In this document: positions 38,739 to 48,578 of the stretch, in pieces
How the letters are laid out: each line of letters starts with the position of its first letter
How positions within the stretch are numbered: the stretch's first letter is position 1
Virus record (IMG/VR): IMGVR_UViG_3300020577_008610
Location: 64,001-128,000 of that record
Strand: one strand, 5' to 3'
Source of the DNA: a virus
Lineage: Duplodnaviria > Caudoviricetes
DNA: 64,000 bases
Notes under the pieces: model-generated
The model's database searches: none
The model's input: only the letters and a program-made list of their open reading frames with translations
Told to the model about the DNA's origin: nothing
Program-made: the position numbers and the translations under genes

Positions 38739-39440
38739 ATGGAAATCAAGGTCCGGCCAGCTCTTACGGTCGAAGAGTTGGAAAAACTCAAGCAAGAACG
38801 TGAGGCTGTGGACAACGCGGCCAAGAAAAAGGAAATGTCTCGAATTCTCAGAGGCAACCTTCAAGCTAAAGGTGACGCAGCGAAAACCAAGATCGACCGA
38901 TTTCATCTTCCTGTCCTGCATATAAACGACCCTACTCAGTGGGCTTCTCAACCTAATCAGAACCGGCCCAGGTTTACAGATGAGGCTGCCTACAAAACCT
39001 GCCTTGGAAATTGTTGTGGAATAGAAGGCCTAAAGGCAGGTTGCTGTCAGATAGATCCTGATGACATGGAACGCGTCCTGGGTCCTCTTGACGAAGAGTG
39101 GATTGAGAATATTGTTGTTTGGTTGCGGCGGAAAGGAATTGCTGCTTCCAGAGCTGACATAGTAATCGACTGGGAAGAGGGTAAAATCATCGGCGAGAGG
39201 TTCTTCAACGGAGAGAGAAAAGCCGTCTTCCTGGCCAAAGAAAGCTACCCCATTTTGCGTTTCCAAGTCTTTGGGCCAAGATTTGCTTGCAAATTTCTGA
39301 ATCCAACGAATGGGAAATGCACTATCTATGAAAAGAGGCCCAGTATGTGCCAAGGCTATCTCTGTCAGTACGTGAAGGCCAATTTTTTAATCCGAACTGA
39401 CCCCGTGAACCACCCAAATACGTACACCAAATTTCGATGA
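38739..39440 (+). CDS. YkgJ-like cysteine cluster (Zn/Fe-chelating) protein
   Basis: C..CC...CC and CKFL...GKCTIYEKRPSMC..Y.C. Confidence 0.8.
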   Translation: MEIKVRPALTVEELEKLKQEREAVDNAAKKKEMSRILRGNLQAKGDAAKTKIDRFHLPVLHINDPTQWASQPNQNRPRFTDEAAYKTCLGNCCGIEGLKAGCCQIDPDDMERVLGPLDEEWIENIVVWLRRKGIAASRADIVIDWEEGKIIGERFFNGERKAVFLAKESYPILRFQVFGPRFACKFLNPTNGKCTIYEKRPSMCQGYLCQYVKANFLIRTDPVNHPNTYTKFR

Positions 39441-39469
39441 GGTTGGAATAGAAAGAGCTGAGGAATGTC

Positions 39470-39994
39470 ATGAACGAGAAGGCAGAAGAAATCCCCGTGT
39501 TATGGAAGAGCGCCGACGGCAAGCGTTTTGCCCAGGAGCATGTCTTCAACTGGGTTGCCTCCACGAAACTAGACCGTGAGAACGACTACCAGGTCATCGT
39601 GGGCACGGACTCACACAGGCACAGTGATCAGTTCAGGTTTATTACTGTGATTTGCGTATACCGGGTGGGCAAGGGAGGCAATTACTACTACCTGGAGAAC
39701 TACGAGCCTCGGGAAAACTACGTCCAGGCAACACGTGGCAAGCGGGTGAAGGGCAACCAGAAGCTCCGAATGTTCAACGAAGTTGTTCGGTCTGTTGAAA
39801 TGGCCACTAACCTGTTTGATACAACAGGAGTGCTTCCGGTAGTCCACATCGACGCTTCTCCTTCTCACCGGAAGGAATTTACATCAGAATTTAGTGATCA
39901 GCTCAAAGGTTACGTTGCCTCTAATGGATTTGAGTGCGTCCTGAAGCCAAATTCATTTGTAGCTAATGCTATAGCTGATAAGCACAGCAAATAG
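39470..39994 (+). CDS. RNase H-like YkuK family protein
   Basis: VIVGTDS; RVGKGG.Y; E...S; VHID; A.AIADKHSK. Confidence 0.85.
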   Translation: MNEKAEEIPVLWKSADGKRFAQEHVFNWVASTKLDRENDYQVIVGTDSHRHSDQFRFITVICVYRVGKGGNYYYLENYEPRENYVQATRGKRVKGNQKLRMFNEVVRSVEMATNLFDTTGVLPVVHIDASPSHRKEFTSEFSDQLKGYVASNGFECVLKPNSFVANAIADKHSK

Positions 39995-40076
39995 CTGCGC
40001 AACCGAGCAATTCCATCAATCCAATCCCAGGGTCATATAGACACAATCGAAGAACCTGAAAGAAGGAATTCTTCGA

Positions 40077-40382
40077 ATGTCAACAGATATTGACCGTACT
40101 AAGCTTGAAACTGCTATTGAGCGTGAGGTCTACAAGTTTGTGTGTCAACTCAAAGAACACATGTACGACCACACGATGATCTACCTGAACCGAACTCAAT
40201 CTGATGTTGACCGAACGGTTGCAGACCGGATCCTACAGATTGCCAAGAACGCAGTCGAAGATGGGTTCATGACCAAGGTGGACTTTTTCAAGAAGGCCAT
40301 TGATGAGCCTTTGAATCAGTTCACGGAGACCGATTCAAGCCCTTTACCACCTGGAGAGTTAGGGAAGAAAGGGAGAAAGTAA
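40077..40382 (+). CDS. Hypothetical protein
   Basis: 101-aa ORF with AAGGA RBS. Confidence 0.65.
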   Translation: MSTDIDRTKLETAIEREVYKFVCQLKEHMYDHTMIYLNRTQSDVDRTVADRILQIAKNAVEDGFMTKVDFFKKAIDEPLNQFTETDSSPLPPGELGKKGRK

Positions 40383-40408
40383 CCAAAGCTCTCAAGGCCA
40401 AGGAGACC

Positions 40409-40492
40409 ATGAAGAAAGCCAGCAAGGTGGCTCTTTCTGGTCTTGTCATGGTTTTGATGCTGGTTGCCTCTCTTGTGTTGGCAAGGAGTTGA
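40409..40492 (+). CDS. 27-aa single-helix membrane peptide
   Basis: AAGGAG RBS; MKKASKVALSGLVMVLMLVASLVLARS. Confidence 0.5.
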   Translation: MKKASKVALSGLVMVLMLVASLVLARS

Positions 40493-40493
40493 T

Positions 40494-40967
40494 ATGGGTG
40501 GCGTAGCTTACATCAAGCACTTAATTGAGTGCAACTGCCTTCTTCCGCAGTTTAAGCACTCGGACCCTCCGAAGTGGCATCACTTCGTGGCTTTCTCGGA
40601 AATTGATGATAAAGGGGATGTTATCCCTTCTTTTGTGCAGTGCAACAACTGCGGGATTATCCACAAGGTAATAGAGGCTTGTGTTTCTTCAACCCTAAAG
40701 AGGGACAACCTCCCAAGTCTGGTGACCAGGGAAGAGCTATTAGATGCTCTCCCAGAAAAACTCCGGAAAGATCTGGACAAGTACAAATCAGACCTTCCGA
40801 CTATCCAGGAAATCACCTGGATTCGTGAGCACCAAGCCTGGGGACGTTCTGTTGTCCTTGCTAAGGACGAAGTGGATGGGATCCTGGTCGGGAAAGCTCT
40901 ATTGCTCTTAGGAGAGACCCTCTGGAAGATACAAAGCTTTCAAGACGGAGGAGATGATAATGAGTGA
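40494..40967 (+). CDS. Hypothetical Cys-containing protein
   Basis: CNC...CNNCG; AAGGAG RBS. Confidence 0.7.
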   Translation: MGGVAYIKHLIECNCLLPQFKHSDPPKWHHFVAFSEIDDKGDVIPSFVQCNNCGIIHKVIEACVSSTLKRDNLPSLVTREELLDALPEKLRKDLDKYKSDLPTIQEITWIREHQAWGRSVVLAKDEVDGILVGKALLLLGETLWKIQSFQDGGDDNE

Positions 40968-41286
40968 GACCAAAGAGAAAGATGCCGAGGGGAATGACGT
41001 TCCTTATGTTCATCCGAACATTGAAGTGGAGCTTTCAAGAGAAAAAAGACAAGTCTGCAGGGACATTGTTTCTGAAATTAGAAACTTTGGAGTCAACCAA
41101 CGCCAAATCCTCTTTATTGTTCAACTCCTGGCCATGGAGCTGGAAAACGGTGAAGCGATGAGAGCTATCGTCAAAGCCGTTGGAGCTGTCCGAAAGGATA
41201 TTCCTGCCGGAAGTAAGCTCATTGTGGCACCCGAGCAGACATCGGTCAAAAAGATGGCGAAGACCGGTCTAGTGGTAAAGCCTTGA
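40960..41286 (+). CDS. Hypothetical protein
   Basis: GGAGGAG RBS; overlaps previous stop. Confidence 0.7.
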   Translation: MSETKEKDAEGNDVPYVHPNIEVELSREKRQVCRDIVSEIRNFGVNQRQILFIVQLLAMELENGEAMRAIVKAVGAVRKDIPAGSKLIVAPEQTSVKKMAKTGLVVKP

Positions 41287-41956
41287 TCCCTCTTTGAGCC
41301 CTCCAGTGCATTGCCAGGGTTCGATAGGTGAACCCATCGAGCAAGCCTGTTTTCCACGGCATCAAAGTCTTCGGGTAAGCTTCCTGGAAGGCTTTGCAGG
41401 CCAAGATACTCTCCTTGCTCCATACTCCCGCTGGAACCACCCCCAAAACATGTTGGGCAAACAGGATACGTAACCTCTCTGTGAGCCTCTTGTAAAGATT
41501 CAAAGCAACTTCCTTCTCATCCAGGAATGGCAGCACCCAACTCTTCTCTCCCCGCCAGAATTTTCCATTTTTCGGGAGCCGCAGAGTCATCCAAACCTCA
41601 AAGAACTCCTGAACCGTGGAGAATGCCCAGCAAAATCGGAAACCGTCACGGCACCAAAATGGCACTTCTCCAGGATGGGCCTCTTTCCATACTCTGACCG
41701 ACTCCTCCGTCATCGGCACCCTGGCCACTTTACCTCCTTTTTGGTGAAGAAGTAAAATCAAAGCCGTTAGCTCCGTCGTTTGCCTGTCCGTCAATCCAAG
41801 ACGGTAGAGAGCTTCGAAGCAGAGCAGTTGAAACGCAAGAGTTTGTTGCAGTGTGGTCATCCCAAACTTCTTGATGCCAAAATCAAGAAGCGCATTTGGC
41901 TCCACTCCCCTGGATGGATTCAGCCACAATGGAATTGGGGCAAATGGACGATGCAT
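41246..41956 (-). CDS. Hypothetical protein
   Basis: 236-aa ORF. Confidence 0.5.
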   Translation of the reverse strand: MHRPFAPIPLWLNPSRGVEPNALLDFGIKKFGMTTLQQTLAFQLLCFEALYRLGLTDRQTTELTALILLLHQKGGKVARVPMTEESVRVWKEAHPGEVPFWCRDGFRFCWAFSTVQEFFEVWMTLRLPKNGKFWRGEKSWVLPFLDEKEVALNLYKRLTERLRILFAQHVLGVVPAGVWSKESILACKAFQEAYPKTLMPWKTGLLDGFTYRTLAMHWRAQRGIKALPLDRSSPSF

Positions 41957-42064
41957 GGCTTAAACCCCCTGTGTGGGGCCTCAGCCCCTTATCATGACAT
42001 GTATAACATGCGTGCGTGTGTCAGAGGGTAATTAGCTGTAATCCCAGCCGCAACATCAGAAGGT

Positions 42065-42349
42065 CTACCCCTTTTTGATGCAAATGAGCCGAACCGGCCG
42101 CTCGTGTTCTGGCACCATCCACATCAATTCACCGTAAGGAGAACGCTCTCCATCCCGAGCAATCCTCCAAAGATCCAAGTGCCGCTCGTAGTCAAGTTTC
42201 TGACTCCGAAGAGAACCATCTTCATTGAGGAACTGAATGAAGTGCATGTCCACCTCCAGGTAAAACCCTTCCGGTGTTCTCCGAAAGGTCTTTTGAACTG
42301 AGGTTGTCATCTTGCCAAGAGTGCGAGGAAGTTTGGGCTGTGTGCTCAT
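42065..42349 (-). CDS. Hypothetical protein
   Basis: AGGAGG RBS before MSTQP. Confidence 0.55.
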   Translation of the reverse strand: MSTQPKLPRTLGKMTTSVQKTFRRTPEGFYLEVDMHFIQFLNEDGSLRSQKLDYERHLDLWRIARDGERSPYGELMWMVPEHERPVRLICIKKG

Positions 42350-42365
42350 CCTCCTATTTCTGCTC

Positions 42366-42725
42366 CTAAATCCCCAGATTGTCCACTTTTGCTTCCTGAA
42401 CACTCGTCCATGGAAACCACAAAGGAGCGGAATCAGCCACAAGCAAAATACGGTAAATCAGGTAACAACCACCTCGCTTCACCATCACTTCATCAGCCCT
42501 GAAAGTATCCAGGGTAGAAGCATCCATCCACTCCAAAACCATCCCAAATAAGTCCTTTCCTCCATCCTCTGGGGCCACCAATGTCATCAGGTCCAAACTG
42601 GCCCATCCAGAAGGCCAATAAACTTGCTCCGATCTCCGATGCCCCTCAGCCTCCCAACGGTTGCTTATCGTGGTCCAGACAGTCTTCAGCTTCACCAAAG
42701 TGCCGACGGGGAAAGGATGCTCCAT
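42366..42725 (-). CDS. Small SH3-like beta-barrel protein
   Basis: FPVGTLVKL...GMVL...YRILL...LWF. Confidence 0.55.
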   Translation of the reverse strand: MEHPFPVGTLVKLKTVWTTISNRWEAEGHRRSEQVYWPSGWASLDLMTLVAPEDGGKDLFGMVLEWMDASTLDTFRADEVMVKRGGCYLIYRILLVADSAPLWFPWTSVQEAKVDNLGI

Positions 42726-42755
42726 TCTCTATCTTTCTTATGTTATACTGGGTCT

Positions 42756-43034
42756 ATGACAGACTCACTTTACTTCAGACCAGGAGCTATTCTCATTCTA
42801 AATGCTGGGATCCCAATGTGGGACCAGATGCCAACCACTTGGGAAAATGCCTGGAAATGGAAGGTCACCAACAAGAAAACCTTCGTTCAACTCTGGGAAC
42901 AAATCGATACACATCCCGTCACCTTTTGGGAAATCCTGAAGGAGGGAGAAGTCTGTTTCTGCTCTGAAGCTTTGTTGAGGCAATACATTGACAAACCAGA
43001 GACACAACAGACTCTTTCCTCTCACAATACCTAA
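42756..43034 (+). CDS. Small SH3-like beta-barrel protein
   Basis: FRPGAILIL...WEILKEGEVCF; TATACT 6 nt upstream. Confidence 0.55.
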   Translation: MTDSLYFRPGAILILNAGIPMWDQMPTTWENAWKWKVTNKKTFVQLWEQIDTHPVTFWEILKEGEVCFCSEALLRQYIDKPETQQTLSSHNT

Positions 43035-43054
43035 CGAAAGGTCTCTCTACCGTC

Positions 43055-43591
43055 ATGGCGCCCAAAAAACCAAAGACAGCCTTCTCTTCTGCCAACCCCA
43101 AAGAAGTCCTGAGCCGCTTAGGCCTGGATCCCGAACGCTTCAAGCGAGAGAATACTCCAGAGGTCATGATCCCTAAGATGGCCATCGTTGGCTTGCTCGA
43201 TACCATTAAGCAGTTTGCCGAAATTGGCAAGCAAACCGTTAGCTCCTCCATTCAGGGCCTCAATCCAGCCCAGATGAGACTCTTTCTTGATGCCACCCGA
43301 GGCACCCTGGACATGATTGACCAGTCTTTGCTTGCTTATGAAGCTTCCCTCCGTCAAGCAAAAGCCAAAGACGTCGTGGATACCATCGCTAAGTCCGTTC
43401 GCTTTGACACAGGCACCACAGAGAATGAAGAGGGCGGCGATGAAGAAAATGAGACAGTCAACGATGATGACTCATACCAAGATTACTTGCCAAAAGAAGA
43501 AGAAGAAGAAGATGAATTCGAAGAAACGGACGACCCCTCCGCTGAAGTTGATGATGCCTTTTTTTCATCAAAAAAACGCTCCATCAATTAA
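43055..43591 (+). CDS. Hypothetical protein with long acidic C-terminus
   Basis: D/E-rich final 60 aa. Confidence 0.75.
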   Translation: MAPKKPKTAFSSANPKEVLSRLGLDPERFKRENTPEVMIPKMAIVGLLDTIKQFAEIGKQTVSSSIQGLNPAQMRLFLDATRGTLDMIDQSLLAYEASLRQAKAKDVVDTIAKSVRFDTGTTENEEGGDEENETVNDDDSYQDYLPKEEEEEDEFEETDDPSAEVDDAFFSSKKRSIN

Positions 43592-43597
43592 TGTAAC

Positions 43598-44176
43598 ATG
43601 TCAACATCCAACAAGCTTCACAAGTGTAATTCTTGTGGCATAGAAGATCCAACAGCCTTCCACAATGGCTGCAAATCCAAGTGTCGCCAATGCAAGAAAA
43701 CAGCACGGCAAACTCGGTACATTCTGGAACTCGAAGAAATTCAAGGCTTTATTGGCCAAACCAAAGTCTGTGCCACCTGTGGCCAAGAGAAAGACACAAC
43801 CCACTTTGTTCCCCAGAACTCCGACTGCAAACCCTGCATATCCCAAAAGAACAAAGTCCGGAGATGCCAGAACTACGCCTTTTACATATGGAAAAATGCC
43901 AGATACAGAGCCTCCAAAAAAGGCCTGGAATTCACCATCACACAAGCAGACATCCACATCCCAGATACTTGCCCCGTCCTCGGTATCCCCCTGTCTACCT
44001 CCACCTCCGGTAGACAACCCAACTCACCCTCCTTGGACCGTATCGACAATTCCAAAGGCTATACACCCTCCAACATCCAAGTCATCTCCTGGAGAGCTAA
44101 CCGCATAAAAGCCGATGCCTCCGCAGACGAATTGAGACGTGTGCTGGCCTATATGGAAGGCAGACTCCTTCCATAA
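43598..44176 (+). CDS. Zn-finger HNH-type endonuclease
   Basis: CxxC pairs; CPVLG; SPSLDRIDNSKGY..NIQVISWRAN..K. Confidence 0.85.
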   Translation: MSTSNKLHKCNSCGIEDPTAFHNGCKSKCRQCKKTARQTRYILELEEIQGFIGQTKVCATCGQEKDTTHFVPQNSDCKPCISQKNKVRRCQNYAFYIWKNARYRASKKGLEFTITQADIHIPDTCPVLGIPLSTSTSGRQPNSPSLDRIDNSKGYTPSNIQVISWRANRIKADASADELRRVLAYMEGRLLP

Positions 44177-45226
44177 CTGCCTCCCTCCCTTCCAGAAATT
44201 TTTCCGGAAAATTTTCCACCAAAAATTTCAAAAATGTGCTTGTTTTCGTGCGGGGGTCTGACCTGCATTTCTCGTGCCGGAGGGGCTACACATGATGGCC
44301 TAGCCCCTCCCACCTGGCTACCCCCCCTACCCCCAACTGCTAGTTTGCAAACCCCCTCAATAGGCTACTCTCCTTCAATAAGGAATTCAATGAGCAACAT
44401 CTGCCCAGTATGCAAGCCTGATAAGCAAGAAGCTGCAGGTCCGAGTCACTTCCGTCTTGCTCATGGGTCTACTATAAACATCCCTTCGAATAAGTCAATA
44501 ACAACCTCCTAGAAACAGAGGAAAACCTCCTGGAGAAATGACATTATCATAGACATTTCTTTGCTCTGGTACTGCTATCCAAGTTTAGCCCAAAATGGAG
44601 GGAGGAAACCTGTCGTAACCTCCTAGAGAATCCACATTCGACCCCCACATGAAACCGACGAAAACCTTGCCAGTGGCCATGGAGTCTTCATTCCGCTCGG
44701 CCAACACCTTCCGGATGACCTGAAAAGTCACACCGACACCAAGCACTCCTTCTGAGTAAAGCATTTGTTCGGTACTGCACTTTTCAGGAATCCCAGGATA
44801 ACCGCTTCTGTCGTCATCTTCATCCCCACCATAGCTGACTCTATTTTTGAGTCAACCCTCGCCCTCCTTCTCAGTTTTGCTCTGACGATTCCACAGGCAG
44901 GATTGTCCCATTTTGTCCACGCCCAATAATTGAATGAATTCAACGAGTTAGCGTGGCATGGCGCGTGCATAGGGATTTGACCCTCTGGGGTTATTTGGGC
45001 ACAAAATCCTCTCTCTGGAGCAATCAGAGGCATTCGGCAAAGATTACCCTGGTGTTTTCTCAGCTAAAAAGGAGGGTTAGTTCCGCTGGTCCTCTGGAAG
45101 ATTTCTCAAATTGGGCATAAGAATTGCCTCTGGCAAGCTGTAAGAGGCAATTTGGGAAATGGGACATTTTAGGACATTCGCAAGGGGACGTGGAAGATAT
45201 TTGAGTTGAGGGAGGGTGAATAGTCA
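44177..45226. other. Gene-poor region at C-to-G skew switch; candidate replication origin
   Basis: Compositional flip, AT-rich palindrome, hairpin, AACCTCCT(A/G)GA x3. Confidence 0.5.
44471..44498 (-). promoter_or_regulatory. Sigma70-type promoter
   Basis: TTGACT-N16-TATAGT, ATG 6 nt downstream. Confidence 0.7.
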
Positions 45227-45682
45227 ATGGACAAGGGCAGATTTGGTGATTATGCGTTGGTGACAGGGGAACCAACTCTTCTCAAGAGAAGGACCAAGAG
45301 GCAGAGACTTCGGATGTGGGAGGGAGGGAGGGAAGTCAGGATGAAGAAGCCGAGACTTAGAGATTCCAGGCCCATGGACACCAGAAAGATGAAAGAGGAA
45401 AAGGTTCCTCGAAAGGGCAAGCTTTATTGCGTTGGGAAGTTGCATAAGGAAACAAGCCAAGAAGATTTTGGTCCAATTCCCCTTTTGTCAACTCGGGAGC
45501 ATGACACAACGCTAGCGGGGCATCCTGCGAAGGCCAGAGAATGGATTGCTGAGATTTGGGGTGGGGAGACAGTTTTGTTTTTGGGGACTGAAGAGAAGGG
45601 GCGATACTGGTTGGTGGGGTACCAAGACATGTTTGGCTGCCTGGAGGTTGGGAAGGTAATTTTCTTGAACCCGATGAAGTAA
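45227..45682 (+). CDS. SH3-like family protein
   Basis: RKGKLY...GGETVLFLG...WLVGYQDMFGCL. Confidence 0.6.
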   Translation: MDKGRFGDYALVTGEPTLLKRRTKRQRLRMWEGGREVRMKKPRLRDSRPMDTRKMKEEKVPRKGKLYCVGKLHKETSQEDFGPIPLLSTREHDTTLAGHPAKAREWIAEIWGGETVLFLGTEEKGRYWLVGYQDMFGCLEVGKVIFLNPMK

Positions 45683-46026
45683 TGGTTATGACAATGGGGA
45701 TGTTTAACACGACCTGCGTTCCTTACTGGCCCAAAAGCGACTATAAACCTGGGAAACTCTACCGGATCAAGGATTACCCGTGGCATCTTTTCACAGTTTG
45801 GTCAGCATATGAGGGAGGCAATTCTGCTTACCCTAAGAGGTTGTTTGATGTGGATGCTAACACCGAAGAGTGCTTTCTTTACATCAAGTTCGTCCCGGAG
45901 GAAGAGGAACAAGGCCTTGAGGCTCTCCACCTTGTAATTTTCAGGGATACTGTTGGTGTGATTGATGGAAGAATGGAGTTGGAGGAGCTTATTTCTCCGG
46001 AGGATGGTTCTCATGAGCCGCCATGA
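45682..46026 (+). CDS. SH3-like family protein
   Basis: KPGKLYRI...FLYI...LVIFRDTVGVI. Confidence 0.65.
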   Translation: MVMTMGMFNTTCVPYWPKSDYKPGKLYRIKDYPWHLFTVWSAYEGGNSAYPKRLFDVDANTEECFLYIKFVPEEEEQGLEALHLVIFRDTVGVIDGRMELEELISPEDGSHEPP

Positions 46027-46456
46027 TGATTTCTTCTATCGACAGAAACCAGACCTTTCTACTGCTGAGAAGGAGAAGCCCAAGATTCCAGCCAACATTC
46101 GAAAGGGGATGTTGGTTTGCGTTAAAGTCAGCAACAGCTCTTCCGTTGATCTGTCTCAGGTGGACGTGGACGGGACGGAGCTTCACCGGTTTCATTTTTT
46201 GTCCCCTCAGGAGTCTTGGGAGCAAGCATTCATGGTGGTTCGAGTTGGGAAGTTTCGGACCTTCATGGATGTCTTGTGGGGCGATGAGATATGGAGAATC
46301 TTACCAAGGGAGAACCTTGCCATCATCCCGGTGACCGTAAGTAGCAGAGCGAGAAAGGAGTCCCTACCAGATGAAAAGGCCGGTAATCCCTATGGTTTCT
46401 CTGACGAAGAGATGGAGACCTGGGTTAAGAATGGTAGACTGGGGGATATAGGATAG
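46013..46456 (+). CDS. SH3-like family protein
   Basis: RKGMLVCV...FMVV...DVLWGDEIWRI. Confidence 0.6.
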   Translation: MSRHDDFFYRQKPDLSTAEKEKPKIPANIRKGMLVCVKVSNSSSVDLSQVDVDGTELHRFHFLSPQESWEQAFMVVRVGKFRTFMDVLWGDEIWRILPRENLAIIPVTVSSRARKESLPDEKAGNPYGFSDEEMETWVKNGRLGDIG

Positions 46457-46468
46457 GTCCTTTCCTAA

Positions 46469-46515
46469 CTCTCTTTTCCTCCCTCCTCTTGGTTATCCTC
46501 CACGCTTTTGGGATA
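46469..46515 (+). repeat. Dispersed motif copy 2
   Basis: Pyrimidine tract + TCTTGGTTATCCTCCACGCTTTTGGGATA. Confidence 0.85.
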
Positions 46516-46559
46516 TTCGACAGAGCAGGAAGAATGTGTTATTCTTGAAGGAGGTATTC

Positions 46560-46976
46560 ATGGCGAAGTGGATCATGAAGGGAGACTTGGTGAAATTTCA
46601 GGTTATTTCTCAGTACCCGAGGCCCTCAGTCTTATTAGCTTTATGGGCTCCGAAACATCGGTTTGACTGGCGGAGTATGTATTCGAAACCTCGGATTGCC
46701 CTGGAGTGTAACAAAATCTACACTGGGCTGGTTGTGGACACCTACTTGGTTAGCAGGAGTCGGCACGTTGAGAACTCCTTCAAGCCCACTGCTAAGATGC
46801 AGCCGGGAAAGGATCAGCGGTACCTTCAGGAGATCAGCAAAGAGCGTGTCTACCACGTTCTGTCAGAAGACATGATCTTGTTCGTCCGGGCCAGTGACCT
46901 TGGCTTTTCCAATGCAAATGGCTTCCGGTGGGAAATGAGGGTTATTCAAAAAGGGAAAGCCCATGAAAGGAGGTAG
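46560..46976 (+). CDS. SH3-like family protein
   Basis: GGAGGT RBS; KGDLVKF...GLVV...YHVLSEDMILFV. Confidence 0.6.
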   Translation: MAKWIMKGDLVKFQVISQYPRPSVLLALWAPKHRFDWRSMYSKPRIALECNKIYTGLVVDTYLVSRSRHVENSFKPTAKMQPGKDQRYLQEISKERVYHVLSEDMILFVRASDLGFSNANGFRWEMRVIQKGKAHERR

Positions 46977-47151
46977 TTTTGTCACACTCACAGAGCCAAT
47001 CATTTACCGGAAATAGTTCCTTGTGTAGCTCTAGCAGAGTCGGTGGCGCTGTGGCAACCCTGGAGGGTCTGCTTGTTCTCTTGCTGGATGAAGCGACTAG
47101 TGTGTCCAGGTTAGATTTTCACATGGTGTTTGATAGGATGCAGGGAAGGAC

Positions 47152-47448
47152 ATGCCTCACTTAAAACAAGGGAAGCTGTATCGGTTCAAGTGTTGCGGGT
47201 GTTTATTCAAAGAGGCAGAGGGTGAAAAGGTTATTGGGATGGTTAACAAGGAAGATGTGCTGATGTTCATTGAACAAAGCACAGAAGTGCCTTACGTTTA
47301 CAAGGTGCTTTCTGGAGACCAAGCGGGCTGGCTGTGTGCTTATCTGGATTGCTTTGAGGAGCTAACCGATGCCGAAGAAGTTGGAAAAGGGGAAGCTATA
47401 CCGAACCAAGCAGATTCAAGTTCTCATGAAAACCCATTACAAAAGTAA
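47152..47448 (+). CDS. SH3-like family protein
   Basis: KQGKLYRF...VLMFI...YKVLSGDQAGWL. Confidence 0.7.
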   Translation: MPHLKQGKLYRFKCCGCLFKEAEGEKVIGMVNKEDVLMFIEQSTEVPYVYKVLSGDQAGWLCAYLDCFEELTDAEEVGKGEAIPNQADSSSHENPLQK

Positions 47449-47611
47449 CGGCAAACTCGCTACAATTCCGCCTCAATCTATTGTGTGTTTCCTTGGACAC
47501 CACGCTTCCAACCACTGGATTATCCAGGTGGTTTACGGCGAACTGATTGGCTGGTTATTTTTGGAGAAAAATTCGTTGGACGCTTTGTTCACGAAACCAA
47601 AGGGATTATAG
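47369..47611 (+). CDS. SH3-like family protein
   Basis: EKGKLYRT...IPPQSIVCFLG...QVVYGELIGWL. Confidence 0.7.
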   Translation: MPKKLEKGKLYRTKQIQVLMKTHYKSNGKLATIPPQSIVCFLGHHASNHWIIQVVYGELIGWLFLEKNSLDALFTKPKGL

Positions 47612-47615
47612 CATC

Positions 47616-47936
47616 ATGAAGAAGTTGGAGCCGGGTAAATTCTACCTGACCCGAGAGGGGCACAATCTTTGGAAAACGGATAGGAGTGGTGCAAATCGCG
47701 TCAGGAACCAGGTACTGACAATCTTGCTGCCTGGGACAATGGTTTTGTTTACCAGGTTCGGAAAATTCCGTTACATTCAAGTTGTATTCGAAGATGTTGT
47801 CGGCTATATCTGGTGCAACACCAACATATCGATGCACGATCACCTGGAGCCAGTAACAGAGGAGAACCTGGAAGAGCTCCAAGAGGCCATGAAGGCAGAC
47901 AGCGGATGGAGGCCACGCCATCATATCCGATCTTGA
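47616..47936 (+). CDS. SH3-like family protein
   Basis: EPGKFYLT...LPGTMVLF...QVVFEDVVGYI. Confidence 0.7.
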   Translation: MKKLEPGKFYLTREGHNLWKTDRSGANRVRNQVLTILLPGTMVLFTRFGKFRYIQVVFEDVVGYIWCNTNISMHDHLEPVTEENLEELQEAMKADSGWRPRHHIRS

Positions 47937-47964
47937 TAAAATCCATCCCTGGGAGCCGGGGACG

Positions 47965-48153
47965 ATGGTAAAGACCTGCGGGAATGACATCCCTTTGTTC
48001 AAGACCTCCCGAGCTGGCTCTTTTGCTTTTCTGCAAATCCCTCCTGGAGAGTTGGTGATGTATGTTGATTGTGAGGCCAACCGTATGTGTAAGGTGATTT
48101 ACGGTGAGAACATCGGGTGGACCTATTCCGATGCTGTGACAACCCCTCGTTGA
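47965..48153 (+). CDS. SH3-like family protein (true start probably upstream)
   Basis: (WEPGT)MVKT...IPPGELVMYV...KVIYGENIGWT. Confidence 0.65.
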   Translation: MVKTCGNDIPLFKTSRAGSFAFLQIPPGELVMYVDCEANRMCKVIYGENIGWTYSDAVTTPR

Positions 48154-48167
48154 CTTGAGAAGTTTTC

Positions 48168-48575
48168 GTGTTTAACCACATTCCCATGTCTGACAGGCTA
48201 AGTCGTGGAGTCTTGCGAAATGGCAAGAAACAGATTATCAGGGCCAACCGGAGAAACAGGTTGGCCAACAAGTTGAAGCGAGGAAAACTTTACACTTTCC
48301 TTGCGGCGAGCGCAACCCAGGCCATTTACGCTACGCCCAATATAATGGGGAAGGTGATTGGCTGCCTTCCAGACAAGGCCACGGTGATGTGCGTTGACCC
48401 TACACCCTTCCTTTATAAGAACCGGAAGACTTACCTGGATTGCTTTGACAACTGCTGGATGATGTTCTACATTGGCTATGGGGAGCTTTTCGGGTATGTG
48501 GCTTGCCACTACAGCGAAGCAGCAGAAGAAGAGGAATTTCAGGCACACAGGTTCTTCAAGCGAGTCTATGCTTAA
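48168..48575 (+). CDS. SH3-like family protein
   Basis: KRGKLYTF...LPDKATVMCV...IGYGELFGYV. Confidence 0.7.
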   Translation: MFNHIPMSDRLSRGVLRNGKKQIIRANRRNRLANKLKRGKLYTFLAASATQAIYATPNIMGKVIGCLPDKATVMCVDPTPFLYKNRKTYLDCFDNCWMMFYIGYGELFGYVACHYSEAAEEEEFQAHRFFKRVYA

Positions 48576-48578
48576 GGC

